The notes beneath the pieces were generated by a model that worked only from the letters and a program-made list of their open reading frames with translations, searched no databases and had not been told where the DNA came from. This document shows, piece by piece, positions 18,971 to 27,238 of a stretch of DNA of 64,000 nt (its first letter is position 1; the number at the start of each line of letters is the position of its first letter). This DNA is from Polyangiales bacterium (GTDB taxonomy: Bacteria; Myxococcota_A; Polyangia; Polyangiales; JAFGIB01), in the NCBI GenBank assembly GCA_036382515.1, contig DASVHQ010000119.1, positions 715 through 64,714 of the forward strand. The letters are read 5' to 3'. The translations under genes and the position numbers were made by a program.

Positions 18971-20535
18971 GCACCTTTGAGGTCGAACTGCTCGATGTGA
19001 TATTCCTTGTGCGGCTTGACGACGATCTGGCGTGTGAAGCGATTCTGGGCCTCGTCGAGCGCGCCCTTGTGCTCGCGCTTGAGCATGTCGCAGATCGCCG
19101 GGTGGGCGTTCACGATCACCTTGTAGCCCGGCAGGCTGTCTTTCTCGCGGCGGATCTGGCGCACGATCTCGTGGCAGATCGTGGCCTTGGACTGCAGCTG
19201 GCCGGTGCCGTCGCAGTAGAAGCAGGGCTCGAAGAGCGTGCGGCCGAGCGACTCGCGCGTGCGCTTGCGGGTCATCTCGATGAGACCCAGATCGCTGATG
19301 CGTGTGATGGTCGTGGTCGCGCGATCTTTCTTAAGCGCCTCGACCAAGAGCTTGTACACGCGGTCGCGGTTCTTGGTGCGCTCCATGTCGATGAAGTCGA
19401 GCACGATCAGGCCGCCGATGTTGCGGAAGCGCAGCTGGTAGGCGATCTCCTGAACGGCTTCCACGTTCGTTTGGTAGATTGTCTCTTCGACGTCCTTGCC
19501 CTTGCCGGTGAAGCGGCCGGTGTTCACGTCGATCGCGGTGAGCGCCTCGGCCTGATCGATGATCAGATAGCCGCCCGATGCCAGCGGCACCTTGCGCGAG
19601 AGCGCGCGCGAGATCTCGTCCTCGATGCCGTACTCGTCGAAGATCGGATCGCGGCCCTGGTAGAGCTCGACATCGCCGACGCGCTCGGGCAAGAACGAGC
19701 CGATGAACGCACGCAGCCGCTCGTGCTCCGCCGGCGAGTCGATCACGAGCTTGTCGACGTTCTCGGTGAAGTAGTCACGCGCCACGCGCAGGATGATGTC
19801 GAGGTCTTCGTAGAGCAGCGCCGGCGCGGTCTTCACCTCGTTGCGGCGCTTGCTGCAGCTCTCCCACTGCTTGATCAGGTAGCCCACGTCGGCCTTGAGC
19901 TGTTTCTTGGTCAGGCCGGTGGCGACCGTGCGTACGATCAGGCCGCCTTGCGGTGGCTTCACGGCGTCGATCGCTTCGCGCAGGCGCTTGCGCTCGCCTT
20001 CGTTGCCGATGCGCTTGGAGATGCCGATGTGCTCGACCGTCGGCAGGTACACGACGTAGCGGCCGGGCAGCGCGATGTGGCTGGTGACGCGCGCGCCCTT
20101 GGTGCCGATCGGGCCCTTGCTGACCTGCACCATCAGCGACTGCCCTTCCTTGAGCACATCGCGGATCGGTGTGGCGCGCGTGACTTTCCTCGCGACAGCC
20201 TTGGGCTTGGGCTCGCCGTTTTCGGCGCCGTCCTCGGTGTGTTCGGCGCCGTCCTCGGCTTCCTCGCCGCCGTCCTCCGCACTCAGGAGGTTGTCCATGT
20301 CCTCTTGCGGCACGACGTCTTCGACGTGCAAGAACGCGGCGCGATCGAGCGAGATGTCGATGAACGCAGCCTGCATGCCCGGCAGCACACGCGTGACCTT
20401 GCCCAGGTACACGTTGCCGACGGGACTCTTGTCCTGGTCGCGCTCGACGAATAACTCTGTGATGCTGCCGCCCTCGATCAGAGCGACGCGGGTTTCTGAG
20501 ATGTCGACGTTGATGACGAGTGAATTGCCTGCCAT
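18967..20535 (-). CDS. rng: Ribonuclease E/G family protein (RNase G-like)
   Basis: The S1 domain reads GNVYLGKVTRVLPGMQAAFIDI. The catalytic core contains IDQAEALTAIDVNTG. Confidence 0.9.
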   Translation of the reverse strand: MAGNSLVINVDISETRVALIEGGSITELFVERDQDKSPVGNVYLGKVTRVLPGMQAAFIDISLDRAAFLHVEDVVPQEDMDNLLSAEDGGEEAEDGAEHTEDGAENGEPKPKAVARKVTRATPIRDVLKEGQSLMVQVSKGPIGTKGARVTSHIALPGRYVVYLPTVEHIGISKRIGNEGERKRLREAIDAVKPPQGGLIVRTVATGLTKKQLKADVGYLIKQWESCSKRRNEVKTAPALLYEDLDIILRVARDYFTENVDKLVIDSPAEHERLRAFIGSFLPERVGDVELYQGRDPIFDEYGIEDEISRALSRKVPLASGGYLIIDQAEALTAIDVNTGRFTGKGKDVEETIYQTNVEAVQEIAYQLRFRNIGGLIVLDFIDMERTKNRDRVYKLLVEALKKDRATTTITRISDLGLIEMTRKRTRESLGRTLFEPCFYCDGTGQLQSKATICHEIVRQIRREKDSLPGYKVIVNAHPAICDMLKREHKGALDEAQNRFTRQIVVKPHKEYHIEQFDLKGA

Positions 20536-20602
20536 GGCTCCGGCGAAAATCTGGGGGAAAGGTTGTTCATGTGGGTGGGCGGATCGTGCCCGTGCTTGCG
20601 CC

Positions 20603-21145
20603 TCAGCGCGCCGCGCGAAACAGCGCAGCGAGCAGCGCAGGAAGGGTCGAGACCACGGTGGTCAAGGTGGCGGCGTGCTTTCTTTGGGCTCCCTCCATCC
20701 CGAGGAAGTCACGCGCACCGAGCGACCCAGAGCGGTAGGTGAGGGCGGCTGAAACGGCCACCGCCATCACCGAAATCACGGCCAGCGGGATGATGTTCAC
20801 CACCCCACCGGCCACCACCGGCAAGACAGCTGCCGATGCGAAACGCGGAACCAAGTGCTTGAAGGCTTCTGGAGCCTCGATGAGACGCGGCAAGAGAGTC
20901 ACGGCGAGTGCCGCCGAACCGACGTAGCCCGCGATCGCCGCAAGAACGGCGATCGTGACGTTGCCCACGGTCGCACCCGCGCGCAGCGCCGACCCGATCA
21001 AAGTGGCCACCGCCGAGATGGCCGCGATCGCGCCTGCATGCGCAATCGGCGAGGGCAGGGCCTCACCGCGGTCGCACGCGGCCGTCAGCCGGGGCCACGC
21101 GAGCTCCGGCACGACGATCAGCTTCAATGTCAACGCTGCGAGCAA
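20603..21145 (-). CDS. Hydrophobic membrane protein (Yip1-like?)
   Basis: 180-aa ORF with 4-5 Ala/Val/Ile-rich segments and no diagnostic motif. The start is uncertain. Confidence 0.5.
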   Translation of the reverse strand: MLAALTLKLIVVPELAWPRLTAACDRGEALPSPIAHAGAIAAISAVATLIGSALRAGATVGNVTIAVLAAIAGYVGSAALAVTLLPRLIEAPEAFKHLVPRFASAAVLPVVAGGVVNIIPLAVISVMAVAVSAALTYRSGSLGARDFLGMEGAQRKHAATLTTVVSTLPALLAALFRAAR

Positions 21146-21329
21146 CAGGGAGGCTCCCTGCGAGCCGTGCAGCCCCCGCGCGTGTTCGCGCGAGGCGTCT
21201 GCAGGCCGCGGTAGCCGGGCGTCCCAACACTTTGTTGCAGCTGCCGCCGCCGCCGCCGAGCCAGGCCGTGAAGCCCATGCTCGGTGCGCTGCGTGGCTGC
21301 CCGCGCAGGGTCACCCGAAGTGGTGCGGC

Positions 21330-21839
21330 CTAGTTGGTTTCGAAGATCTCTTCGATCTCCGCCTGGACCTTGTCTTCGCTCTTCTCGCGGGTAACGGCGA
21401 TCTCCTTGACGATCAGCGCGCGCGCGGTCTCGAGCATGCGACGCTCTCCGAAGGACAGCGACTTCTCGGCCTTGAGCCGATACAGGTCACGCATCACTTC
21501 GGCCACGTCGAAGACGGAACCAGTTTTGATTTTGTCCATGAAACCGCGGTAGCGGCGATTCCACGTTTGATTGTCGAAAGCGATCGTACGCTCGCGCAGG
21601 ATCGCGAAAATCTCTTCGATCTCCTCCTCGCTGATGGGAGGACGCAGGCCCACGCTCTTGGCGTTGGCCACGGGCACCATGATCTTGCGATTGGTGTCGA
21701 GAATCCGCAGCACGTAGAACTTCAGGCGGTTGCCCGCGATGTCCTTTTCCTCGATGGAGATGACTTCGGCGACGCCTTGGGCCGGATAAACGGCCTTGTC
21801 GCCCACTTTGAACAGTTGCTTTTCGGTACGGGCCTGCAT
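21330..21839 (-). CDS. cdnL: CarD-family RNAP-binding regulator, CdnL type (no HMGA tail)
   Basis: FKVGDKAVYPAQGVAEVISIEEK...NRRYR. Confidence 0.9.
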   Translation of the reverse strand: MQARTEKQLFKVGDKAVYPAQGVAEVISIEEKDIAGNRLKFYVLRILDTNRKIMVPVANAKSVGLRPPISEEEIEEIFAILRERTIAFDNQTWNRRYRGFMDKIKTGSVFDVAEVMRDLYRLKAEKSLSFGERRMLETARALIVKEIAVTREKSEDKVQAEIEEIFETN

Positions 21840-22039
21840 TTCGCACTCCCTGTTGCTTGATACTGATCGAAAACCCTATTAGGACCCGGCTTCAGGCGTG
21901 GTTAGTGGCACGTGATGTCGGGGGTGCTCGCCGCCATTTGCTACTGCCTGGCGATGCTTCTGGCCCGGTTCATGTTCATGGGGCCGGTGCAGTAGAATCA
22001 TTCGCCGGTTGGCGCGCAGAGCACGGGTCGCAGCAAATC

Positions 22040-23002
22040 CTACTCAGAACCACGCGTCGGGTCAACTGGAAACTGGCTCAGCCAGCGCACGGCCAGGCCC
22101 ATGCGTACGCCGCCGTTTGACACTGTGATTTCAGACGCTTCCGCCACTTTCACCAGACCGAGCAGCAGCAGCGCGCCGGTGACAATTACATCTGCACGGC
22201 CCGGATCGAGCCCCGGGATCAGGTGTCGCTCGGCCAGCGGCATGGCCGCGAGCTTGCTCGTCAGCGCTCGCAAGTGCGTAACGGACACGCGCGCGCCGTG
22301 AATGCGTTTGGGGTCGTAGGGGGCGACCTTACCGATGATGGCTGCGAGCGTGGTCGCCGTGCCAGCGATGGCAACCAGCGGCGCGCTCGGCTTCACGGCA
22401 GATGCCGCGAGCGCGCGCGCCACATCGGCCTCCACGGCAGCCAGCTGCGTGGCGGTGGCCGGTGCGGTCACGCCGTGACGCTCGGTCAAGCGCACCGCAC
22501 CGATGTCGAGGCTCACGCTCGCCACGATGCGACCCTGCTGACCGCGCACGATCTCGGTGCTGCCACCACCGATGTCGACGACGCACAGCTCGCCTGTGTG
22601 CAGCTGCAGGCCCTGCGTTGCGCCCAGGTACGTGAGCTCGGCTTCTTCGCTGCCGCTGATCACCGCGAGCGGCGTGCCCAGAATGCGCTCGGCTTGCGTG
22701 AGGAAGTGCGCTGCATTCTTCGCATCGCGCGCCGCGCTCGTGCCCACCGCCTGGATCTCGGCGCCCAGCTCGTGCGCTCTGCGCGCGTATTCCGTGAGCA
22801 CGGTCAGCGTGCGCGCGACGGCCGCGTCGTCCAGACGCTGCGTGCGATCGATGCCTTGTCCCAGGCGCGTGATCGTCGCGCGGTCCTCGAGCACTTGCAC
22901 TTGCCCGTCTGCACCGCGACGAGCGACCTGCATCAGCACCGAGTTGGTGCCGACGTCGATCGTCGCGAGCAGCCGTGACGTTCCGCGGTTTTCAGCAGAC
23001 AC
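22040..23002 (-). CDS. Ppx/GppA-family phosphatase
   Basis: LATIDVGTNSVL, VGTSAARDA and GSEEAELTYLG. Confidence 0.85.
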   Translation of the reverse strand: MSAENRGTSRLLATIDVGTNSVLMQVARRGADGQVQVLEDRATITRLGQGIDRTQRLDDAAVARTLTVLTEYARRAHELGAEIQAVGTSAARDAKNAAHFLTQAERILGTPLAVISGSEEAELTYLGATQGLQLHTGELCVVDIGGGSTEIVRGQQGRIVASVSLDIGAVRLTERHGVTAPATATQLAAVEADVARALAASAVKPSAPLVAIAGTATTLAAIIGKVAPYDPKRIHGARVSVTHLRALTSKLAAMPLAERHLIPGLDPGRADVIVTGALLLLGLVKVAEASEITVSNGGVRMGLAVRWLSQFPVDPTRGSE

Positions 23003-23014
23003 CGAGCGCGTAGC

Positions 23015-23830
23015 TCAGTTCGTCATGTCTTTGAGCTGCGACAGATCGGGCAGCTCGTCGAGGTTCGGCATCAGCACGATCTCGATGCGACGATTCTGTG
23101 CACGACCCTCGGGCGTGTCGTTGCTCGCGGCCGCCTGCGTGTCGGCATAACCCGCGGCCGAGAAGCGATTGGCCGGCACGCCGTGCTCCGACAAGAACAT
23201 CGCGACCGTGACGGCGCGCGCCGTGGACAGGTGCCAGTTCGACGGGAACTTCGCGCTCTTGATCGGGATGTTGTCGGTGTGGCCCGCAATCTGGAAGTCG
23301 CGATCGGGAATCGAAGAGAGCACGGAGGCGACCTCGGTGAGGGCGGCCTGGCCTTCAGGCTTCAAGTCGGCTTTGCCCGAGTCGAAGAGGATGTTCTCGG
23401 ACAGCTCGACCACCATGCGGCCACGCACGATGCGCACGCGCAGCTTGCCCGACGCGATCATCTTGTTGAAGCGCTCGAGCATGTTGCGGAAGGTCTGCAG
23501 ACGCTGTTGCGCTTGCAGCTGCTTCGCCTTCAGCTCTTCGACGAGCTTGTTCATCGCTTCGACGTTGCGCTTCTGATCCTCCACGTTCATGCCCATCTGA
23601 CGCAGCTGCTCGGTCATCTGAGCGTTCTCGGAGCTGAGCACCTTGAAGCGGTCTTGCAGCTCCTTGTGCTTGCCCTCGAGGCCGTCGAGCGCCTTGGTCA
23701 GCTGATCGACGCGGTCCTTCTGGGCCTGCATCTCTTCTTCGGAGTAGCCGCAGCCCACGAGGCCAGTAAGGCCCAGCGTGCTCACGAGCGCCAATACGGT
23801 TGCGAACGCAAAAGCTTTGGAACGGTTCAT
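23015..23830 (-). CDS. OmpA/MotB-domain lipoprotein with coiled coil (paralog of 1593..2708)
   Basis: MNRSKAFAFATVLALVSTLGLTGLVGCG (lipobox), then a coiled coil, then QIAGHTDNIP..NWHLSTARA..RRIEIVLMPNLDELPDLS. Confidence 0.85.
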   Translation of the reverse strand: MNRSKAFAFATVLALVSTLGLTGLVGCGYSEEEMQAQKDRVDQLTKALDGLEGKHKELQDRFKVLSSENAQMTEQLRQMGMNVEDQKRNVEAMNKLVEELKAKQLQAQQRLQTFRNMLERFNKMIASGKLRVRIVRGRMVVELSENILFDSGKADLKPEGQAALTEVASVLSSIPDRDFQIAGHTDNIPIKSAKFPSNWHLSTARAVTVAMFLSEHGVPANRFSAAGYADTQAAASNDTPEGRAQNRRIEIVLMPNLDELPDLSQLKDMTN

Positions 23831-24051
23831 CGCACCTTCTCGCTGGTGGGACGGGCCCACAAACCGCAGCCCGCAATCGAGCGGCGAACTTAGGTCTGCG
23901 CTGTCGGAGCTGTCAACGATCCGGGCCGCCCAGGGTGATCTGATCTCGATTTTCGGCCGAAACTACCCACTCACAGCCGAAACAACCACTCTGACTGCAA
24001 TGAAAATTCATTAGTAATTTCAGTAGCTTGAAAAGGTGATCGGCCAGTAAT

Positions 24052-24157
24052 CGTACAAAGAGCAATAAGTTATGTACAATTTATAGGTTCTCGGTATTGA
24101 CACGTGGCATCACACTACAATAGGTTACTTTCATCCTACGACCATAGGAGGGTACGT
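24052..24157 (+). promoter_or_regulatory. AT-rich upstream region of the Lys-rich gene with sigma70-like hexamers and a strong RBS
   Basis: CGTACA (24052-57) -17- TACAAT (24075-80). TTGACA (24097-102) is only 13 nt from a second TACAAT (24116-21). AGGAGG lies at 24146-51, 6 nt before the ATG. The region is locally far less GC-rich than its surroundings. Confidence 0.35.
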
Positions 24158-24295
24158 ATGGCAGCGAAGAAACGAAAGAAGGCCGCCAAGAAGGCGACCA
24201 AGGCAGCCGGTAAGGCAACAAAGCGCAAGGCTGGCAAGCGCAAGGCCGCTAAAAAGGGCGGCAAGCGCAAGGCCGCCAAAAAAAAAAGTAAGTAA
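24158..24295 (+). CDS. Lysine/alanine-rich histone-H1-like basic protein (45 aa as written)
   Basis: MAAKKRKKAAKKATKAAGKATKRKAGKRKAAKKGGKRKAAKKKSK-stop, with a strong RBS. The stop comes directly after an A10 run. Confidence 0.6.
   Translation: MAAKKRKKAAKKATKAAGKATKRKAGKRKAAKKGGKRKAAKKKSK
24278..24287 (+). repeat. A10 homopolymer inside the Lys-rich gene
   Basis: Counted directly: gccgcc-aaaaaaaaaa-gtaagtaa. Confidence 0.95.
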
Positions 24296-24473
24296 GCGCG
24301 CGCCTGCAAAGGCGAAGGGTTCGGCTAAGAAGACCGTGAAAGCCAAGCCCGCGAAGAAGAAGGCGGCGAAGGTCGGCGCTATGCGTCAACCGGAGCCGGT
24401 CAGCGAAGCAGCCGTGACGCCCGATGTGGTCACGAGCTTCGCCTCGACAGCTGACTTTTCTTCGTCCAACTGA
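24294..24473 (+). other. Out-of-frame (+1) continuation of Lys-rich coding sequence downstream of the A10 run
   Basis: This frame reads KRAPAKAKGSAKKTVKAKPAKKKAAKVGAMRQPEPVSEAAVTPDVVTSFASTADFSSSN-stop with GC-rich third positions. It would be joined to 24158.. if the run were A9. Confidence 0.45.
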
Positions 24474-24557
24474 GAGGCTTCGTCCTCGAAGGTTTCAAGA
24501 GCGGTTGTGTAATTGCCGTCGGCACTAACGTGCCGGCGGCTTTTCACTTAAAGACCT

Positions 24558-24690
24558 AATCGCGGCGCGCTTTGGGGTCCATCCGCGGCTTACGTTCTCG
24601 GCCCGTCGGTCACCGTACATGAGTACGGCTCCCTCCGGTCCTGCGGGCGCGCTCGCGGCTGAACCCCAATTCGCGCCGCTTGCTTCAGCG
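24558..24690. repeat. Palindromic intergenic repeat, copy A (103-nt core 24581-24683)
   Basis: The core matches 29458-29560 without gaps at about 91/103 positions (hand count). It contains the hairpin CCGTAC-ATGA-GTACGG. The outer inverted pair is GCGGCGCGCTTTGGGG / CCCCAATTCGCGCCGC. Confidence 0.8.
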
Positions 24691-24795
24691 ATTCCGCGAG
24701 GAGTGCGGGGATCGTTCCGCGGATGGGTCGCTTGGTTGCTGCGAGCGCGGTTGCTGCTGGCGGCGCTTGGGTCGGAGCAGCTGAGGGCGGCGGCG

Positions 24796-26178
24796 CTAGT
24801 CGGGGGGGAGCTCGGTGGCTAGCAGATGTTTCAGGCGCAGCGGGTCGAGTCGGAGGCGCAGCACTTTCTCGTTGTCGACCTGCACGGAGCCGGGGGCGGA
24901 GCCTTTGGCTTTGCGGATGTGACGGCGGTCGGCGTGGGTCACGTCGACCAGGGGCTCGCCGCGGCTCTCGCTGAAGTGAGCGGCGAGGTGGGCGGCATCG
25001 AGCAGCAAGTCTGGCGGACAGTTCTCGCCGCGTGACAGTGGCACCACGACGTGGGCACCCGTGACGTCGCGGGCGTGCAACCACAGGTCGTGGGGGCGCG
25101 CGTGCTCGAGCGTGAGGGCGTCGTTGTCGGCGGCGCCTTTGCCGACCAGGATCGCCCGGTCCTGGAAGCCACGCAGCTCGCGGTACGGCTTGCGTGGGCT
25201 CTTGCGTTTGGCCTTGCCGCCGTCAGCTGCGGGCTCGAGCCCGCGCGCGCCCAGCTTGCGAGCTTCGGCTTGCAGCGCTTGCAGCTGCTCGGGCTCGCGC
25301 GCGACAGCGACCGCGGCCTGCAGCTCCGCGATCTGCGATAGCTCGACGCGCGTCTGCGCCAGTCGCTCGGCGGCGAGCTTGGCGCCGCGTTCGAAGCGTC
25401 GCGCACGCTGAAACCAGCCCTCGGCCTGCGCCTGCGCGCCGAGCGCAGGGTCGAGCGAGATGTCGACCCAGTCCGGCGGATCTTGTGTGAAGTCCTGCAA
25501 GCGTGCGTTGCTAGCCCCGCGCGCGATGGCGTGGAGATTCGCGAGCAGGAGCGTGGCGCGTGCGCGCAGCGCGCTCGCTTGCTGTGCGCGCGCAGCGTCG
25601 CCCTCGATCGCCTGCAGCCGCCGGCTCGCGCGCTTGTGCGTCGTGGCCAGGCTACGCAGCAGCGCAGCGCGTCCGGACTCCAGGCTCGCGCTGCTGAGCC
25701 GGCCAAGCAGCGCCTCTCCTACAGCCTCGAGCGCTTCGAGCGACGCGTGCCAGGGCTCGCTCGCGCAGGCTTGCGCTTGCAGCACTGCGGTTGGCGCATG
25801 CGCCGGCCGATGCAGGCTCGCGAGCAGCTGGCCGCGGGCATCGAGCAACACGACGTTTGCTGTCGTGCCCGGCTCGAAACGCAGGGTCTTTTCGCCGTCG
25901 GCTCGCGTGGCTCGTAGCTCGAGCAGCGCAGCATGGCTGCGCTGCAGGCAAGCCAGCCGCGCACCGCCCAGCTCCTTGCGTAGCTTCTGGACGAAGCTCG
26001 AAGCGGCCGCGCCTTTCGGTCGCTCGGTCACCAAGCCGACGCCGGCCGCGCCGGCGCGCAGCGAGACCACGAGCGTGCGCTTGTAGCGCGGAGCGATCAG
26101 CGTGATCGTGAAGAGCTCAGCGAACGGCGCGTCGATGCGCTGGATCCGCGCACCGAGCAGCGAATCGACCGGCGTCAT
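24796..26178 (-). CDS. NFACT-family protein (RqcH/FbpA-like) with DUF814-type RNA-binding domain
   Basis: Internal ATG at 26178 (MTPVDSLLGARI) overlaps the upstream stop as ATGA. The middle is a coiled coil. The C-terminus reads ILVGKGAADNDALTLEHARPHDLWLHARDVTGAHVVV. Confidence 0.8.
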   Translation of the reverse strand: MTPVDSLLGARIQRIDAPFAELFTITLIAPRYKRTLVVSLRAGAAGVGLVTERPKGAAASSFVQKLRKELGGARLACLQRSHAALLELRATRADGEKTLRFEPGTTANVVLLDARGQLLASLHRPAHAPTAVLQAQACASEPWHASLEALEAVGEALLGRLSSASLESGRAALLRSLATTHKRASRRLQAIEGDAARAQQASALRARATLLLANLHAIARGASNARLQDFTQDPPDWVDISLDPALGAQAQAEGWFQRARRFERGAKLAAERLAQTRVELSQIAELQAAVAVAREPEQLQALQAEARKLGARGLEPAADGGKAKRKSPRKPYRELRGFQDRAILVGKGAADNDALTLEHARPHDLWLHARDVTGAHVVVPLSRGENCPPDLLLDAAHLAAHFSESRGEPLVDVTHADRRHIRKAKGSAPGSVQVDNEKVLRLRLDPLRLKHLLATELPPD

Positions 26179-26954
26179 GGCGAGTCGGCGTCGGCATCCT
26201 CGTCGTCCGCGTCTTCGTCTGTCTCGCCGTCGTCGTCCTCGTCCGACGCCTCGTCTTCGCTCGGCGCGACATCCCCGGGCGCGAGGCCGAAGAGCTGCTG
26301 GTCCGCAGCAATCTGCATGAGGCGCCGCGCGATGTCGAACGCGCGCGCGGCGTCCACGCTGACGAAGGCCTGGGTGGTGGGTGCGCCGCCGATCACCGCG
26401 AGCGCGTCTTCGAGCGCTGCCGGCGAGAAGCTCGAGCGATGCCCCATGGCACGCAGCTGCGCGTAGACGATGTCGCCCGTGGGCCGAGGCATCTCGAGAG
26501 GATCGAAGGCGCGCACGATGCCCAGACGCGTGCACAGCTCGTTGGTGTCGTCGGGCTCCCACAGGCCTGCGGGGGACCACACGTAAAAGCGACCCGCGCT
26601 GCGCGGCAGACGCGCGACGTAGGCGGCCAGCAGCTCACGGCTGCGGGGGCCAGGCGTGAGATCGCCAGGGGTCGGCAGGACCACGGCGCGCGCTCCGACC
26701 GCGTCGGCGGCTTGGATCAGCCACTCGAGCGACGCATCGAGCTCTGGATCGCTGCGCAGCGGCCCGCGCTTGCTCACCACGCTGGCGCGTGGTGCACGCA
26801 AGGCCACCTGGAAGTCGGCGGGCAGCTTGGCGCGCCAGCTCACGAGGGTGGCAGCTCGCGGCAAGGGAGCGCGCAAGGTGAGCTCGGCGAAGCGGAGCGC
26901 CTGCACATACTTGCGGCCGGGGACGCGGTCGAGAAGGGAGCCTGTGAGCAACAT
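26175..26954 (-). CDS. DUF72-like protein with poly-acidic C-terminal tail
   Basis: The pattern is WRAKLPADFQVALRAP...VVLPTPGDL...FYVWSP. The tail is SEDEASDEDDDGETDEDADDEDADADSP. The family call is moderate. Confidence 0.6.
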   Translation of the reverse strand: MLLTGSLLDRVPGRKYVQALRFAELTLRAPLPRAATLVSWRAKLPADFQVALRAPRASVVSKRGPLRSDPELDASLEWLIQAADAVGARAVVLPTPGDLTPGPRSRELLAAYVARLPRSAGRFYVWSPAGLWEPDDTNELCTRLGIVRAFDPLEMPRPTGDIVYAQLRAMGHRSSFSPAALEDALAVIGGAPTTQAFVSVDAARAFDIARRLMQIAADQQLFGLAPGDVAPSEDEASDEDDDGETDEDADDEDADADSP

Positions 26955-27238
26955 GATGGATCGGTGGTGCGCGGTGGCAGTGAGTTGTCGGGCGGGGCTT
27001 GGGGCCCCCGGGCTTTGTCGGGGCCAGAGCGTTGCAGCTCCTTGCCTCCGCGTCCACCCGAGCCGCGCGGATGCGGCGCACGGAGAATTGACGGATCCCC
27101 GCGAGATCCTCTACAAATGTCGCACAGGTGGTGAGCTTGGCCGGGCCCCGATGGGCGCGGTCGGCGTGGGAAAGGGACGAGCGCCCGATCCGGGGCCGCG
27201 ATGCGCGAGGCCTTGCCATACCGGGGGCGTTCTTCGCC

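Noticed and set aside
24097-24121. Textbook hexamers TTGACA and TACAAT upstream of the Lys-rich gene
   Set aside because: The spacer is only 13 nt by my count, too short for a sigma70-type promoter. The pair CGTACA-17-TACAAT further upstream is more plausible but weak. I therefore annotated only a low-confidence promoter region.
24619-24822. Small ORFs starting MSTAPSG.. that occur in both repeat copies (also 29496..29936)
   Set aside because: The start codon lies in the loop of the central hairpin (ATG in copy A, GTG in copy B). I saw no RBS. The similarity ends with the nucleotide repeat and the downstream frames diverge completely. This is most simply a non-coding repeat. The few third-position differences are too few to argue for coding.
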